NCBI GenBank assembly: GCA_964535675.1
Contig: CAZHTD010000001.1
Span: 69,700-133,699, forward strand
Length of the DNA: 64,000 nucleotides
Reading direction: 5' to 3'
Source: an uncultured Bifidobacteriaceae bacterium
GTDB taxonomy: Bacteria; Acidobacteriota; Vicinamibacteria; Vicinamibacterales; UBA2999
Shown: positions 1 to 10,036 of the stretch, piece by piece
How the letters are laid out: every line of letters begins with the position of its first letter
How positions within the stretch are numbered: the first letter of the stretch is position 1
Position numbers and translations under genes: made by a program
Notes under the pieces: generated by a model
Seen by the model: only the letters and a program-made list of their open reading frames with translations
What the model was told of the DNA's origin: nothing
Database searches by the model: none

Positions 1-45
1 CGGCCTTCGGGGCGGCACGGCGCGACCGACGCCGAAGGAGACGCC

Positions 46-948
46 ATGAACCGCACCGGTACCAGCGGGCTCGGGTGCACGATCCCGCCCGCCCTTCCCA
101 CGCCCCGACGACGCTCACGCACCCCCCTGGCAGCCGACGTGCCCTCGCTCGCCGTCGAGCACGTGTCATACGGCTATCCCCCCGCGCCAAGCCGGCACCG
201 CAAGGCCCGCGCCGCACTGGAGGACGTGTCGCTTGCCGTGGCACAGGGGTCGCTGACCGGGCTACTCGGCCCCAACGGCTGCGGCAAGACGACGCTGCTC
301 AAGCTGCTCTCCGGGGGGCTTCGCCCCCACGCGGGCGGCGTGCGGCTGGCTGGCCGGCCGCTGGACCGTGTGCCACGGCGCGAACTGGCGCGCGAAGTGG
401 CCGTCGTCCCGCAGGAGACGCCTCCGGCCTTCGACTACTCGGTCACCGAGATGGTGCTGATAGGCCACCATCAGCACCTGGGCCGGTTCGAGCTCGAGGC
501 CCCCGCGGACTTGGAGGAGATTCGTGAGGCGCTCGCCACCACCGGGGTCGCGCACCTAGCCGACCGGCCGTTCTCTACGCTGAGCGGCGGCGAGAAACAG
601 CGCGTGGTGATTGCCGGCGCGCTGGCACAGGCCGGGCACATCTTGCTCCTCGATGAGCCGACCGCGTCGCTGGACGTCGCGTACCAGTTGGAGGTGGCCT
701 CGCTCCTCGCGCGCCTGAACCGCACCAAGGGCGCGACGATGGTGCTGGCCACGCACGACCTAAACCTCGCCGCCTCCCTCTGCGACACGCTGGTGCTACT
801 GCGCGAAGGCCGCGTGCTGGCCCACGGCTGGACCAGCGAGGTGCTGAACGCTGCCATGGTGCGCGAGCTGTACGGCATCGAGGCCGACGTGCAATTTCAC
901 GATGGGGCCGGGCACCTCACGGTGGTGCCGGTCGGGTGGGCACAGTGA
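46..948 (+). CDS. ABC transporter ATP-binding protein, iron-siderophore/haem/cobalamin importer type (FepC/BtuD-like)
   Basis: Walker A GPNGCGKTT, ABC signature LSGGEKQR, Walker B LLLDEPT; length and layout typical of FecE/FepC/BtuD ATPases. Confidence 0.85.
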   Translation: MNRTGTSGLGCTIPPALPTPRRRSRTPLAADVPSLAVEHVSYGYPPAPSRHRKARAALEDVSLAVAQGSLTGLLGPNGCGKTTLLKLLSGGLRPHAGGVRLAGRPLDRVPRRELAREVAVVPQETPPAFDYSVTEMVLIGHHQHLGRFELEAPADLEEIREALATTGVAHLADRPFSTLSGGEKQRVVIAGALAQAGHILLLDEPTASLDVAYQLEVASLLARLNRTKGATMVLATHDLNLAASLCDTLVLLREGRVLAHGWTSEVLNAAMVRELYGIEADVQFHDGAGHLTVVPVGWAQ

Positions 949-1021
949 ACAGTGGCGGGCCGGTGGCGGGCACCGCGCTCGACCTTCTGCCCGATCCGTG
1001 CCATCCGACACCCGGACGTCG

Positions 1022-1684
1022 TTGAAAATCCTCCTCTCCTGGTCGTCGGGCAAGGATTCCGCCTGGGCCCTGCACGTCCTGAACCGGACGTACCCCGGCA
1101 ACGTGGCAGCACTGCTGACCACGGTCAACGAGGCGGTCGACCGGGTGGCCATGCACGCCGTGCGCCGCGAGGTGCTTGAGGCACAGGCCGCCTCGGCGGG
1201 ACTACCACTCCACGTGGTGCCTATCCCCCACCCGTGTCCGAACGCGGTCTACCAGGAGCGCATGGCCGTCGCCATCGCAGCGGCCGTCGCGGACGGCTTC
1301 ACGCACTGCGCGTTCGGGGATCTCTTCCTCGAAGACATCAGACAGTACCGAGTCGACCAATTGGCAGGCACCGGCCTGGAGCCGCTCTTTCCCCTCTGGG
1401 CGATCCCGACCCGGGAGCTGGCGCAGCAGATGATCGATGGCGGCCTCCGCGCGCGGCTTGTGTGCGTCGACACGCGCGAACTCAACGCCAGCTTTGTCGG
1501 CCGCGAGTTCGACGCGTCGCTGCTGGCCGAGCTCCCACTGGGTATCGACCCATGCGGCGAGCGCGGCGAGTTCCACACGTGCGTCTACGCCGGCCCGATG
1601 CTCCGCGAGGCCCTGTCGCTCGGGCCCGGCGAGCTCATCTGCCGCGACTCCTTCGTCTGGCGCGATCAGCACCCTAGGCGCTGA
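1022..1684 (+). CDS. Dph6-related ATP pyrophosphatase / adenine-nucleotide alpha-hydrolase (MJ0570 family)
   Basis: N-terminal KILLSWSSGKDS PP-loop-like motif and CGERGEFHT motif near the C-terminus. The ORF is open from 902, but a TTG at 1022 gives the canonical N-terminus and avoids overlapping the ABC gene. Confidence 0.6.
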   Translation: MKILLSWSSGKDSAWALHVLNRTYPGNVAALLTTVNEAVDRVAMHAVRREVLEAQAASAGLPLHVVPIPHPCPNAVYQERMAVAIAAAVADGFTHCAFGDLFLEDIRQYRVDQLAGTGLEPLFPLWAIPTRELAQQMIDGGLRARLVCVDTRELNASFVGREFDASLLAELPLGIDPCGERGEFHTCVYAGPMLREALSLGPGELICRDSFVWRDQHPRR

Positions 1685-2501
1685 ACTCAGCCTGGATCTG
1701 CTTTGGGATCAGGCGGCTGGCCCACGCGTCGTCGAACAGCCGCTGCACGGCGACGCGGCCGCGGTCACCGTAGTCGAGCGTGAGCCCGTTCACGTACATG
1801 CCTACGAACATGTCGACCTTGCCGCGGTCGAGGCCGCGGCCCCACTGCAGCGCATAGTCGAGTGCCTTCTCGCGGTGGTTCAACGCGTAGGCGATGCTAT
1901 CGTGCAGCATTTTCGACACCTTGATGATCAGGTCGGGCTCGAAGTCACGGCGAATCACATTGCCCCCAAGCGGCAGCGGCAGCCCGTCGGTGCGCTCGGC
2001 CCACCACACGCCGAGGTCCACGATCTTCTTCAGCCCCCTGTCTCCGTAGCTGAGCTGGCCCTCGTGGATCAGCAGGCCGGCCTCGACCTCGCCGTTCGTC
2101 ACCGCGTCCTGAATCTGGTCAAACGGCATCACGACGTGTTTCACGTTGGGGTCATACAGCCGGAGCACGAGGAACGCCGTGGTCAGTTCGCCGGGCACCG
2201 CGATCACGACGCCCGTCGTCGAGGTCGGTCCACCCTCGCGCGCCACTACGATCGGCCCGTACTGGTCGCCCATGCTCGACCCGTGCGGCAGCAACAGGTA
2301 CGTGTCGGTCAGGTGCGTGTAGGCGTGGAACGAGACCGCCGTCACGTCGTACGTGCCCTCGAACGCGGCGCGATTCAACGTCTCGATGTCCTGCAGGACG
2401 TGGTCCACCTCAAGCCCGTAGGTCTCCACCTGGCCGCTCGCCAAGCCGTAGAACATGAACGCGTCGTCGGAATCCGGGCTATGGGCCACGGTAATCGTCA
2501 T
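1674..2501 (-). CDS. mqnD: MqnD/MqnA-family menaquinone (futalosine pathway) protein, probably 1,4-dihydroxy-6-naphthoate synthase
   Basis: ITVAHSPDSDDAFMFYGL...LQDIETLN...YDVTAVSFHAY...YGPIVVAR parallels the SPCPNDTF...DVETLN...GPLVVAR pattern of MqnD. Confidence 0.6.
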   Translation of the reverse strand: MTITVAHSPDSDDAFMFYGLASGQVETYGLEVDHVLQDIETLNRAAFEGTYDVTAVSFHAYTHLTDTYLLLPHGSSMGDQYGPIVVAREGGPTSTTGVVIAVPGELTTAFLVLRLYDPNVKHVVMPFDQIQDAVTNGEVEAGLLIHEGQLSYGDRGLKKIVDLGVWWAERTDGLPLPLGGNVIRRDFEPDLIIKVSKMLHDSIAYALNHREKALDYALQWGRGLDRGKVDMFVGMYVNGLTLDYGDRGRVAVQRLFDDAWASRLIPKQIQAEFSA

Positions 2502-2561
2502 GGGTCATCGAGTGTACATCAAGGCGCTCCGGCGTCCCGGCCCTGCGGGTAACATTGGCTG

Positions 2562-3935
2562 ATGGCGGACGCCCCTCAGACGGCCCCGTACCTGACCCGT
2601 GAGACGCGGCTGCTGATCGTCACGCTGACAATCTCTGCGGCTGTGCTGCTGCTGCTAGCGCAGCTCCGCTTTCCCGAGAGCGCCGGGCTCGCCGATGCGA
2701 CGCCGCCACCGCTCGATCGCCTAGCCGCCCGCGCGTCGTACGACGAGCTGGCCTCAGGTGTCGCCCGCGTCGAGGCGCAGGTCTTCCCGACCCTAGTGGT
2801 ACTGCGGCTGGTGGTGCCCGAGGAGGACGCGCCACGGCGACTCGCCGACGTGCTCACGATGCCCGCGCGAGGCGTCGGCCGGCGCCACGTGCCCGCCCTG
2901 CGCACCAGCAGCATCACGGCCGTGGCGGCCCTCGGTCCCGAGGCACGCGTCACGGGCGTCGTGGGCCGGGCCGAGCAGTTAACCGGCGTTGCGCGCGTCA
3001 TCGCTGCCGATCCACTGCGCCGCCTCGCGCTGGTCAACGTTCCGCAGGCCCCCCCGCGCTCGGTGGCCACCCTGCCCCTCTCTGCGCTCGTGACACCGAC
3101 CTACGTCGTGGCGATCGAGGGGACCTCGGCCGGCATCACCGCACGACCGATCTTCCTGGGCAACCGGGAGCGCTACCCCGAGCCGCGCTGGGCGCGTCCA
3201 TTGCTACCACTCGGCGGCAGCGCCGTCACGCCGGGCGCGCTGATCTTCTCGCTCGACGGCGAGTTCATCGGCACGGCCATCAACGAGGGCGGCACGCTCG
3301 CCATCGCCGAGGCGCAAGACGTCTTCGATACGATTGAACGCATCGCGGGCGGCGTGGCCGCGGAGCCCTCGGATGCCGGCCTGGTCGTGCAAGCGCTCAC
3401 GCCTGCGCTGGCAATCGCCACCGGGACGTCGGCTGGCGTGGTGGTCTCCGAGGTCGATCCGGAGGGGACGACCGCGGGCCTCGTGCAGCCCGGCGACGTG
3501 ATCACCCGCATCGACGGCGAGGCGGTGACCTCGGCCGACCAGTTTCTCCTGGCCGTCGCGTCGTACGGCCACGGCGACGCGTTCACGCTGAGCCTCATGC
3601 GCAACGGCCGCGCCATGTCCACGCAGGTCTTCCTCGGCCTCGACACCGAGCCCGCACCAGACGGGCCGGCAGTGGAGCTGTCGCCGCTCGATGCCACCGA
3701 CGACGGCGTGCTCGTCCGGGCGGTCGAACCGGCGTCGGCGCTCGCTGAGGCCGGCGTGACGCCCGGCGATCTAGTGGTGCGCGTGGGCGATCTCGACGCC
3801 CCCTCGCCCGCCGCGCTGCGGGAGAGGCTGGCCGCGACCGCGCCCGGCGACTTCGCACTGATCGTCGTCCGGCGCGACGGCCGCCAACGCGTGCTCGCGG
3901 TACCCGGCGAGCCACCCGCCAATGCCGTCGAGTAG
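2562..3935 (+). CDS. membrane-anchored protein with two C-terminal PDZ domains (HtrA-like, protease core apparently degenerate)
   Basis: N-terminal TM helix (LLIVTLTISAAVLLLLA). Two PDZ-like segments: VVVSEVDPEGTTAGLVQPGDVITRIDGEAV and VLVRAVEPASALAEAGVTPGDLVVRVGD. Confidence 0.6.
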   Translation: MADAPQTAPYLTRETRLLIVTLTISAAVLLLLAQLRFPESAGLADATPPPLDRLAARASYDELASGVARVEAQVFPTLVVLRLVVPEEDAPRRLADVLTMPARGVGRRHVPALRTSSITAVAALGPEARVTGVVGRAEQLTGVARVIAADPLRRLALVNVPQAPPRSVATLPLSALVTPTYVVAIEGTSAGITARPIFLGNRERYPEPRWARPLLPLGGSAVTPGALIFSLDGEFIGTAINEGGTLAIAEAQDVFDTIERIAGGVAAEPSDAGLVVQALTPALAIATGTSAGVVVSEVDPEGTTAGLVQPGDVITRIDGEAVTSADQFLLAVASYGHGDAFTLSLMRNGRAMSTQVFLGLDTEPAPDGPAVELSPLDATDDGVLVRAVEPASALAEAGVTPGDLVVRVGDLDAPSPAALRERLAATAPGDFALIVVRRDGRQRVLAVPGEPPANAVE

Positions 3936-5055
3936 AGCGGGGGCGTGGCGCCTCCCGCGCTGGCCCCCCCGGCTCCCCCGCCAACGCGCGGCACTCGGGT
4001 TCGGGTCGTCGGCCACGCCGCCAGTTACCTACGTTCTGGTGGGCATCGCCATCGGTCCGCAGGGGATCGGGCTGCTCTCGTCCGAGGCCCTCGGCAACCT
4101 CGACGCGCTGGTCTCGATCGCGCTCGCCGCCCTCGGCGTGCTCATCGGCTTCGGCCTCGGCGCGATGGCCCGCCGGCAGGCAGGCGGCCTGCTGGTAAGC
4201 GCGACGATCGAGGCCACCATCACGATCGCGGTTGTGGCGGGCGCTTTGCTCGTGCTGCTGTCGCGGTGGGGCCTGCCACTGCCGATCGACGTCCGGGTGT
4301 TTGCCGCGATGCTCGGCCTGTGCGCCTGCGCGTCGGCTGCGCGGCGGGTCGACAAGGCCGCCGGCACCGAAGCTAGCAGGGCCGCCCGAATCGCCGAGCT
4401 CGACGATCTGCCGCTGGTCGTGCTCGGCGGGTTCACCGTGGCCGTGCTCGGTGGGCAGGCCGGCGCGGGGCTCGACCTTCTGCTGACCGTGGGCGCCGCG
4501 CTGATGGTGGCGGCCGCCGGCTGGCTGCTCGTCGGACGCGCCCGCAACGAAGCCGAGCACGGCGTGTTCGTGGCGGGGGCCATCGTGCTATTGGCCGGCA
4601 CCGGCGCCTATCTCGACTCGTCACCGTTGCTGGGTGGGCTGGTGGCCGCGCTTGTCTGGGTGTGGGCGCCCGGGCACGTCGACGCGCGCATCGGCAACGA
4701 TTTGAAGAGCCACCAGCATTCGCTCCTTGCGCTCCTCCTGATCGTGGCCGGCGCGTCGATCCAGTGGACGATCGCGCTGCTGTGGGTGGCCGCGTCACTC
4801 CTGCTCTTCCGCCTGACCGGCAAGCTGGTCGCGGGCGCGGTGACGGCACGCGTGGCGAAGCTGCCGCCGCACCAGCTGGCGCGAGCCCTAGTGCCGCCAG
4901 GTGTCATCGGCATCGCGCTCGCCCTCAACCTCCAACAGGTGTTCGACGCCAGCGACACGCTGCTCCTCTCGGCCGTGACCGTCGCAGCCGTGCTCTCCGA
5001 AGCCCTCGCGAACATGCTTGGGCTCGACGCCGCCACTACGCCGGAGGAGTCCTGA
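3922..5055 (+). CDS. cation:proton antiporter-like integral membrane protein
   Basis: Multi-TM hydrophobic ORF with a VLVGIAIGPQGIGLL motif like the CPA2 N-terminal helix. Arg-rich non-hydrophobic N-terminus makes the start uncertain. Confidence 0.5.
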   Translation: MPSSRAGAWRLPRWPPRLPRQRAALGFGSSATPPVTYVLVGIAIGPQGIGLLSSEALGNLDALVSIALAALGVLIGFGLGAMARRQAGGLLVSATIEATITIAVVAGALLVLLSRWGLPLPIDVRVFAAMLGLCACASAARRVDKAAGTEASRAARIAELDDLPLVVLGGFTVAVLGGQAGAGLDLLLTVGAALMVAAAGWLLVGRARNEAEHGVFVAGAIVLLAGTGAYLDSSPLLGGLVAALVWVWAPGHVDARIGNDLKSHQHSLLALLLIVAGASIQWTIALLWVAASLLLFRLTGKLVAGAVTARVAKLPPHQLARALVPPGVIGIALALNLQQVFDASDTLLLSAVTVAAVLSEALANMLGLDAATTPEES

Positions 5056-5056
5056 G

Positions 5057-6403
5057 ATGGTCCGGGTACAGACGACGAGCCTAGTCCCAGGCGCGGCGCG
5101 GGGGGGCGCGTTCCTGCTGATCATCGCCATGATGTTCTTCATTCAGCGGCTCGCCCCTGGCGGCGGCGTCGGCCTGGTACTGGCACTCGGCTTTTCGTTG
5201 ATCGCCGCTGGCCTGTTGGGCGAGGCAGCCGACCGGATCCGGCTGCCGCGGCTCAGCGGCTACCTGCTGTTCGGCCTGCTTTGCGGGCCGTACCTGCTGA
5301 ACCTGATCACCGCGTCGATGGCGCGCGACCTTCAGATCGTCAACGCGTTCGCCATCGCGCTCATTGCGTTCGTCGCCGGGCTCGAACTCAACCTGACCCG
5401 GCTTCGCCCGCAGATGCGTCCGATGCTGATCGTCGGCGGCCTCACCCTTCTCGGCGGGCTGGCCGCACTGACCGTGCTGCTGTGGGTGGCGTGGCCATGG
5501 CTGCCGCTCCCGGACCCGGGCCCACCGGTGAGCCGCCTGGCCGCCGCCCTGGTGACGGCCGCGTTGATCGTGAGCTTCTCGCCGACGGTGAGCATCGCGG
5601 TGATCGCCGAGAGCCGCGCGCGCGGACCGCTCAGCGAGCTGACCCTTGCGATCGTGGTGATGGCCGATCTCGCGCTCATCTTCGTCTTCGCGCTCGCGAT
5701 GCAGCTCGCGCGCTGGGCCGAGGGCACCGGCGCGGCCGACATCAGCCTGCTGGCGCTCCTCTCGTGGGAAGTGCTCGGATCGCTGGCGTTCGGCGCCATC
5801 GCTGGGGCACTGTTCGCCTTCTACCTGCAACACGTGCACCGGGCACTGACGCTGGCACTTCTCGCGCTGTGTGCCCTGCTGGCCACGCTGTCGCCAGCGT
5901 TCGACTTCGAGCTGGTGCTGTCGGCGCTCGCTGCGGGCTTGGTAGTGGAGAACATCGCACCACCGGCCGGCGATCGGCTGAAGGACGCCGTCGAGCGCGG
6001 TGCGCTCCCCGTGCTGATCGTCTTCTTCGCGGCCGCAGGCGCGTCGTTGCAGCTCGATGCCCTCGCGGCCATCGGTTGGACGGCGCTGGTGCTGGCCGCG
6101 ATCCGGCTGGGCCTGATCCGGGCGATCACCGGGCGCGCGGTGCGCGCTGCAGGGCTGCCGGCGTTTCCGGCACGGTTGGTGTGGATGGGGCTGATCTCAC
6201 AGGCCGGCGTCACACTGGGCCTAGCGGCCCTAGTCGCCGCCGAGTTCCCGACGTGGGGTGCAGCGGTGCAGACACTGGTGCTGGCGCTGACGGGACTGCA
6301 CGTGCTGGCGGGCCCGATTCTCTTCCGCGCGGCGCTGGCCCGCGCCGGCGAGATCGGTCAGCTCAAGGCTGCTGCCCCTGCTGCCGCAAATTCCCCGACC
6401 TGA
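5057..6403 (+). CDS. cation:proton antiporter (CPA2/Kef-type Na+/H+ exchanger family)
   Basis: LPRLSGYLLFGLLCGPYLLNLI motif and about 12 predicted TM segments. ATG at 5057 lies just after the previous stop. Confidence 0.7.
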   Translation: MVRVQTTSLVPGAARGGAFLLIIAMMFFIQRLAPGGGVGLVLALGFSLIAAGLLGEAADRIRLPRLSGYLLFGLLCGPYLLNLITASMARDLQIVNAFAIALIAFVAGLELNLTRLRPQMRPMLIVGGLTLLGGLAALTVLLWVAWPWLPLPDPGPPVSRLAAALVTAALIVSFSPTVSIAVIAESRARGPLSELTLAIVVMADLALIFVFALAMQLARWAEGTGAADISLLALLSWEVLGSLAFGAIAGALFAFYLQHVHRALTLALLALCALLATLSPAFDFELVLSALAAGLVVENIAPPAGDRLKDAVERGALPVLIVFFAAAGASLQLDALAAIGWTALVLAAIRLGLIRAITGRAVRAAGLPAFPARLVWMGLISQAGVTLGLAALVAAEFPTWGAAVQTLVLALTGLHVLAGPILFRAALARAGEIGQLKAAAPAAANSPT

Positions 6404-6797
6404 ACTGGTCCATCAACCAGGCCAGCCCAGCGCTGAGGTCCATCACTGGCGAGCGGAACTCGCGCGGCGTCCGGATGCGCATCAGGTCGGCGTGGGTCGG
6501 GGGACCGTCGGCCGGCGGGCCGACGAAGAAGGGCTCGTTGTCGCCACGCGGCAGGAAGTCGATCGGCTCGGCCTCGCCGAAGACGGTGAGGAAGACGTTG
6601 AGCATGAGCCCGTCCTGCTCTGTCTGTTCCTCCGTGGACCGGACGAACCGCTCCACGCGCGACAGGTCGATCCCGAGTGCGGTCGCATCGATGACGGCAG
6701 CGTCAGCCTGGGCCTCCTGCGCCATGGCCGGTGCTGCCGGGAGTCCGCAGGCCACCAGACCAAGCACGACAAGGCCGCAGGCGCGACGGACCGGCAT
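6363..6797 (-). CDS. hypothetical lipoprotein
   Basis: Signal peptide with lipobox LVAC (MPVRRACGLVVLGLVACG). Its start shares 1 nt with the iscX stop (TGATG). Confidence 0.45.
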   Translation of the reverse strand: MPVRRACGLVVLGLVACGLPAAPAMAQEAQADAAVIDATALGIDLSRVERFVRSTEEQTEQDGLMLNVFLTVFGEAEPIDFLPRGDNEPFFVGPPADGPPTHADLMRIRTPREFRSPVMDLSAGLAWLMDQFRSGNLRQQGQQP

Positions 6798-7009
6798 CAG
6801 GCTTCGTCCCTAGCGTCCTTCCATTCTTCGTACCACGCCATCTGGATCGCCTCAAGCTTCGCCTCGTTTGACGCCCTCGGGTCGTCGTCGAAGCCGTCGA
6901 GGCCAATCACCTTCTCCCGCAGGTCGGTGAACCGCACGGTGAGGGGGTCGAGGCTAGGGTACTTTGCGAGGAGCGCGATGCCAATATCCTCGCTGCTGGT
7001 CCACGTCAC
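6797..7009 (-). CDS. iscX: Fe-S cluster assembly protein IscX
   Basis: 70 aa; YPSLDPLTVRFTDL...FDDDPRASNEAKLEAIQMAW matches the YfhJ/IscX pattern; last gene of the isc operon. Confidence 0.8.
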   Translation of the reverse strand: MTWTSSEDIGIALLAKYPSLDPLTVRFTDLREKVIGLDGFDDDPRASNEAKLEAIQMAWYEEWKDARDEA

Positions 7010-7425
7010 TGGGCCACCTTCGCTTCCTCGTCCTCTTCGGCGGCGGGCTGCTGGCTACGGCCGAGCTGGATGTCGCCGCCCTCCTGAACGTAGTTGCGCG
7101 TGTAGACCGGAATTTCCGCCACCACGTCCCCCTTGACCACCGCCTGGCAGCCGAGCCGCGACTCGGTGGTCAAGTCCCAGGCCGTGTCGAGCCGGTCGGC
7201 CTCGTCGTCCTCCATCTCCGACAGGTTCGCCATGCCCTGCTTGATCACAACGTGACAGGTGGTGCATGCACAGCTGCCGCCGCACGTGTGCTCCAGCGGC
7301 ACGTCGGCGTTCATCGCCACGTCGAGGATCGACTCGGGCAGCCCGTGGTGCAGGTACTCGAGCTGACCGTGCTTGAACTCCACCACGCGTTCCCTACCGC
7401 TGATAATGAAGGTGACCTTCGGCAT
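7006..7425 (-). CDS. fdx: ISC-type [2Fe-2S] ferredoxin with acidic C-terminal extension
   Basis: CGGSCACTTCHV ... RLGCQ cysteine pattern of adrenodoxin/Fdx type; position between hscA and iscX. Confidence 0.9.
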   Translation of the reverse strand: MPKVTFIISGRERVVEFKHGQLEYLHHGLPESILDVAMNADVPLEHTCGGSCACTTCHVVIKQGMANLSEMEDDEADRLDTAWDLTTESRLGCQAVVKGDVVAEIPVYTRNYVQEGGDIQLGRSQQPAAEEDEEAKVAQ

Positions 7426-7434
7426 GCTCAGCAG

Positions 7435-9297
7435 CTACAGCTCCGACACGTTCTTTCCGGCGAGTGCCTCGCGCACCGTGCGGTTGACCACCACCTCGGC
7501 CAAGTGGCGAGTGGCCTCGTTGAGGGCCTCCGTGCAGCCCTCGATCGCCTCGCGGTCCGTGCCGCCCACCACCGCGTGCAGGGCGGCGAGCGCCGATTCG
7601 ATACGCTCGCGCTCGCCCGGCTGCAGCTCGGCCGCCACGAGCTCGGCGAAGTCGGGGCGTCGCAGCGACTTCTCGGTGGCGTGGATCACCGACTTGGCCT
7701 CGTTGCGGGCCTCGACCAGCAGGCGCGCCTCGACGTCCTCTTCGGCGTGCTCGAACGACTCGAGCAGCATCCGCTCGACCTCCTCGTCGGTCAGGCCGTA
7801 GGAGGGCTTCACCTCGATCACTTGCTCGATGCCCGTGCGCAGCTCGCGCGCGCCCACGTGCAGGATCCCGTCAGCGTCGATCTGGAATTGCACCTCGATG
7901 CGTGCCAGTCCAGCCGGCATCGGCGGAATGCCACGCAGCCGGAAGCGTGCCAGCGAGCGACAGTCGTCGACTAGCTCGCGCTCGCCCTGCAGCACGTGGA
8001 TGTCGACCGCCGTCTGGTCGTCGGCAAACGTGGTGAACATCTCGCGGCCAGTGGCAGGGATCGTCAAGTTGCGCAGGATGATCTTCGACACCACACCGCC
8101 CATGGTCTCAATCCCGAGCGACAGCGGCGTGACGTCGAGCAGTAGCATCTCGCGGCGACCGCTCACCAAGATGTCGGCCTGCACTGCGGCGCCGAGCGCC
8201 ACCACCTCGTCGGGGTCGAGTTCACTATGCGGCCGGCGGCCGAACAAGGCCTCCACCCGCTGGCGAACGAGCGGGATGCGCGTTGATCCGCCGACGAGAA
8301 CCACTTCGTCCACGTCGGTCGGCTCGAGCCTGGCGTCGGCCAGCACGCCCCGGCACGGGGCGAGCGTCCGCTCGACCAAGGGCGTGATCAACGCCTCGAA
8401 TTCGGCCCGCGTGAGGCGGCGGCGGTAGCCGGCCGGCAGTCCCGGTGCCCCATCGACGAGGATCGCAGACTCGTCGGCCTCTGACAGGTCGCACTTGGCT
8501 GCGATGGCTGCCTGGCGGATGGCCTGCACCACTCCGGCTGGCAGGGCTGCCGCGCTGGTCCCGCCGCCGAGCTCTCCGAGCACCAATTCGGTGAGCAACA
8601 GGTCCACATCGTCGCCGCCAAGGTGTGTGTCGCCACCGGTGGCCAGCACCTGGAAGACACCGTCCTCCACACGGAGAATAGAGATGTCGAAGGTGCCACC
8701 ACCTAAGTCGTAGACCGCGATCGTCCCACGGTCACGCTGGTCGAGCCCGTAGGCGAGCGAGGCGGCGGTCGGCTCGTTGATGATGCGCAGCACCTCGAGT
8801 CCGGCCAGTCGGCCAGCGTCGCGCGTGGCGGTTCGCTGCGCGTCGTTGAAGTAGGCCGGCACGGTGACCACCGCGCGGTTGACCTCGAAATCGAACTCGC
8901 CGGCCGCCTGGAAGTGGGCCTCGGCGCGCTGCCGCAGCTCGCGCAGCACGGCGGCTGCAATCTCGGGAGGTGTGAACTCGCGGCCGCCCGCGCCGAGCCG
9001 CACCACACCGCCAGCCTCGCCACCCACCGAGAACGGCAGCAGCGCCGCCTCGTTGCGCACGTCGTCGATGCCACGGCCCATAAAGCGCTTGGCCGAGTAG
9101 ACCGTCCGACCGGGTGCTGTCAGTAGACGGTGCTGGGCCTCGCGGCCTACGATCAGCTCGCCGCCCTCCCCGATCGACACCACCGACGGCACGAGGGCGT
9201 CGCCCGAAGCCTCGCGGATGACCACCGGGCGGCCATTTCGGAGGTACGCCACTAGGCTGTTGGTCGTCCCGAGGTCGATGCCGACGACCTGCCCCAT
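7435..9297 (-). CDS. hscA: Fe-S protein assembly chaperone HscA (Hsp70 family)
   Basis: [17 protein letters not shown] and [10 protein letters not shown] Hsp70 motifs; 620 aa; operon context. Confidence 0.95.
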   Translation of the reverse strand: MGQVVGIDLGTTNSLVAYLRNGRPVVIREASGDALVPSVVSIGEGGELIVGREAQHRLLTAPGRTVYSAKRFMGRGIDDVRNEAALLPFSVGGEAGGVVRLGAGGREFTPPEIAAAVLRELRQRAEAHFQAAGEFDFEVNRAVVTVPAYFNDAQRTATRDAGRLAGLEVLRIINEPTAASLAYGLDQRDRGTIAVYDLGGGTFDISILRVEDGVFQVLATGGDTHLGGDDVDLLLTELVLGELGGGTSAAALPAGVVQAIRQAAIAAKCDLSEADESAILVDGAPGLPAGYRRRLTRAEFEALITPLVERTLAPCRGVLADARLEPTDVDEVVLVGGSTRIPLVRQRVEALFGRRPHSELDPDEVVALGAAVQADILVSGRREMLLLDVTPLSLGIETMGGVVSKIILRNLTIPATGREMFTTFADDQTAVDIHVLQGERELVDDCRSLARFRLRGIPPMPAGLARIEVQFQIDADGILHVGARELRTGIEQVIEVKPSYGLTDEEVERMLLESFEHAEEDVEARLLVEARNEAKSVIHATEKSLRRPDFAELVAAELQPGERERIESALAALHAVVGGTDREAIEGCTEALNEATRHLAEVVVNRTVREALAGKNVSEL

Positions 9298-9299
9298 CG

Positions 9300-9998
9300 C
9301 TATCCGATCTCCTCGGCCTCGCGCGTAATGGCCGTGATCAAGTTACTGATGTACGCACGCTCGATCAGCAACTCGCGTAGCGCGTCCAGGGTCGAGGCCC
9401 GCTCCGGTGCATCGTCGGCCAGCGCGTCCCAGGCGGCGCACAGCTCGGCAAGCTGCCGCGCGTGTTCCTCGCGCTTCCGCTCGATCGGCGCCTGCGCCCG
9501 TTCCAACCGTTCGCGCAGGAGGTCAGCCGCAGCGCCCGCCTCGCGGGCCTCCCGAATCCCGTCGAGCTCCTCGTTGAGCGCGAACACCTCCTCAAGCAGC
9601 GCTGGCGGCACCTTCACCGACTCGCCCGCCTGCGAGACGGGCGGCGACCCCTCGAGCGAGAGCAGGTATTCAATCCGCCCCAACGGGTCGCGCAGCGTGC
9701 GGTACGCGTCGTTCAAGTACGACGTGCGCTCGAGACTGGCCAGCCGCTCGGCCTGATCGGCGTTGTAAAAGTAATCTGGATGGAACTGCCGGCTCAGCTC
9801 GCGGAAGCGACGCTCGAGATCGCGCGCGTCGAGGTTCAGCTTGCACGGCAGGCCGAAGAAGCGGAAATAATTCCCGTGCCGACCCAGCGCCAGGATCCTG
9901 CTGCACTGCCCACAGAAGTGCTCGTCGAGCGGCGCACCGGCCCCGCAGTGCCGACACTCCGTCGTCTCCACGGGGCGCATGGAAATGAGATCGCTCAT
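9300..9998 (-). CDS. hscB: Fe-S co-chaperone HscB with N-terminal Cys4 zinc-finger
   Basis: J-domain HPD (QFHPDYF) and an HscB C-terminal helical domain. The ORF is open to 10262, but the ATG at 9998 (MSDLISMRP) avoids overlapping iscA. Confidence 0.85.
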   Translation of the reverse strand: MSDLISMRPVETTECRHCGAGAPLDEHFCGQCSRILALGRHGNYFRFFGLPCKLNLDARDLERRFRELSRQFHPDYFYNADQAERLASLERTSYLNDAYRTLRDPLGRIEYLLSLEGSPPVSQAGESVKVPPALLEEVFALNEELDGIREAREAGAAADLLRERLERAQAPIERKREEHARQLAELCAAWDALADDAPERASTLDALRELLIERAYISNLITAITREAEEIG

Positions 9999-10036
9999 GG
10001 AACTTGGTGTGTGATATCGCCCGCCGGAACGCGGCC

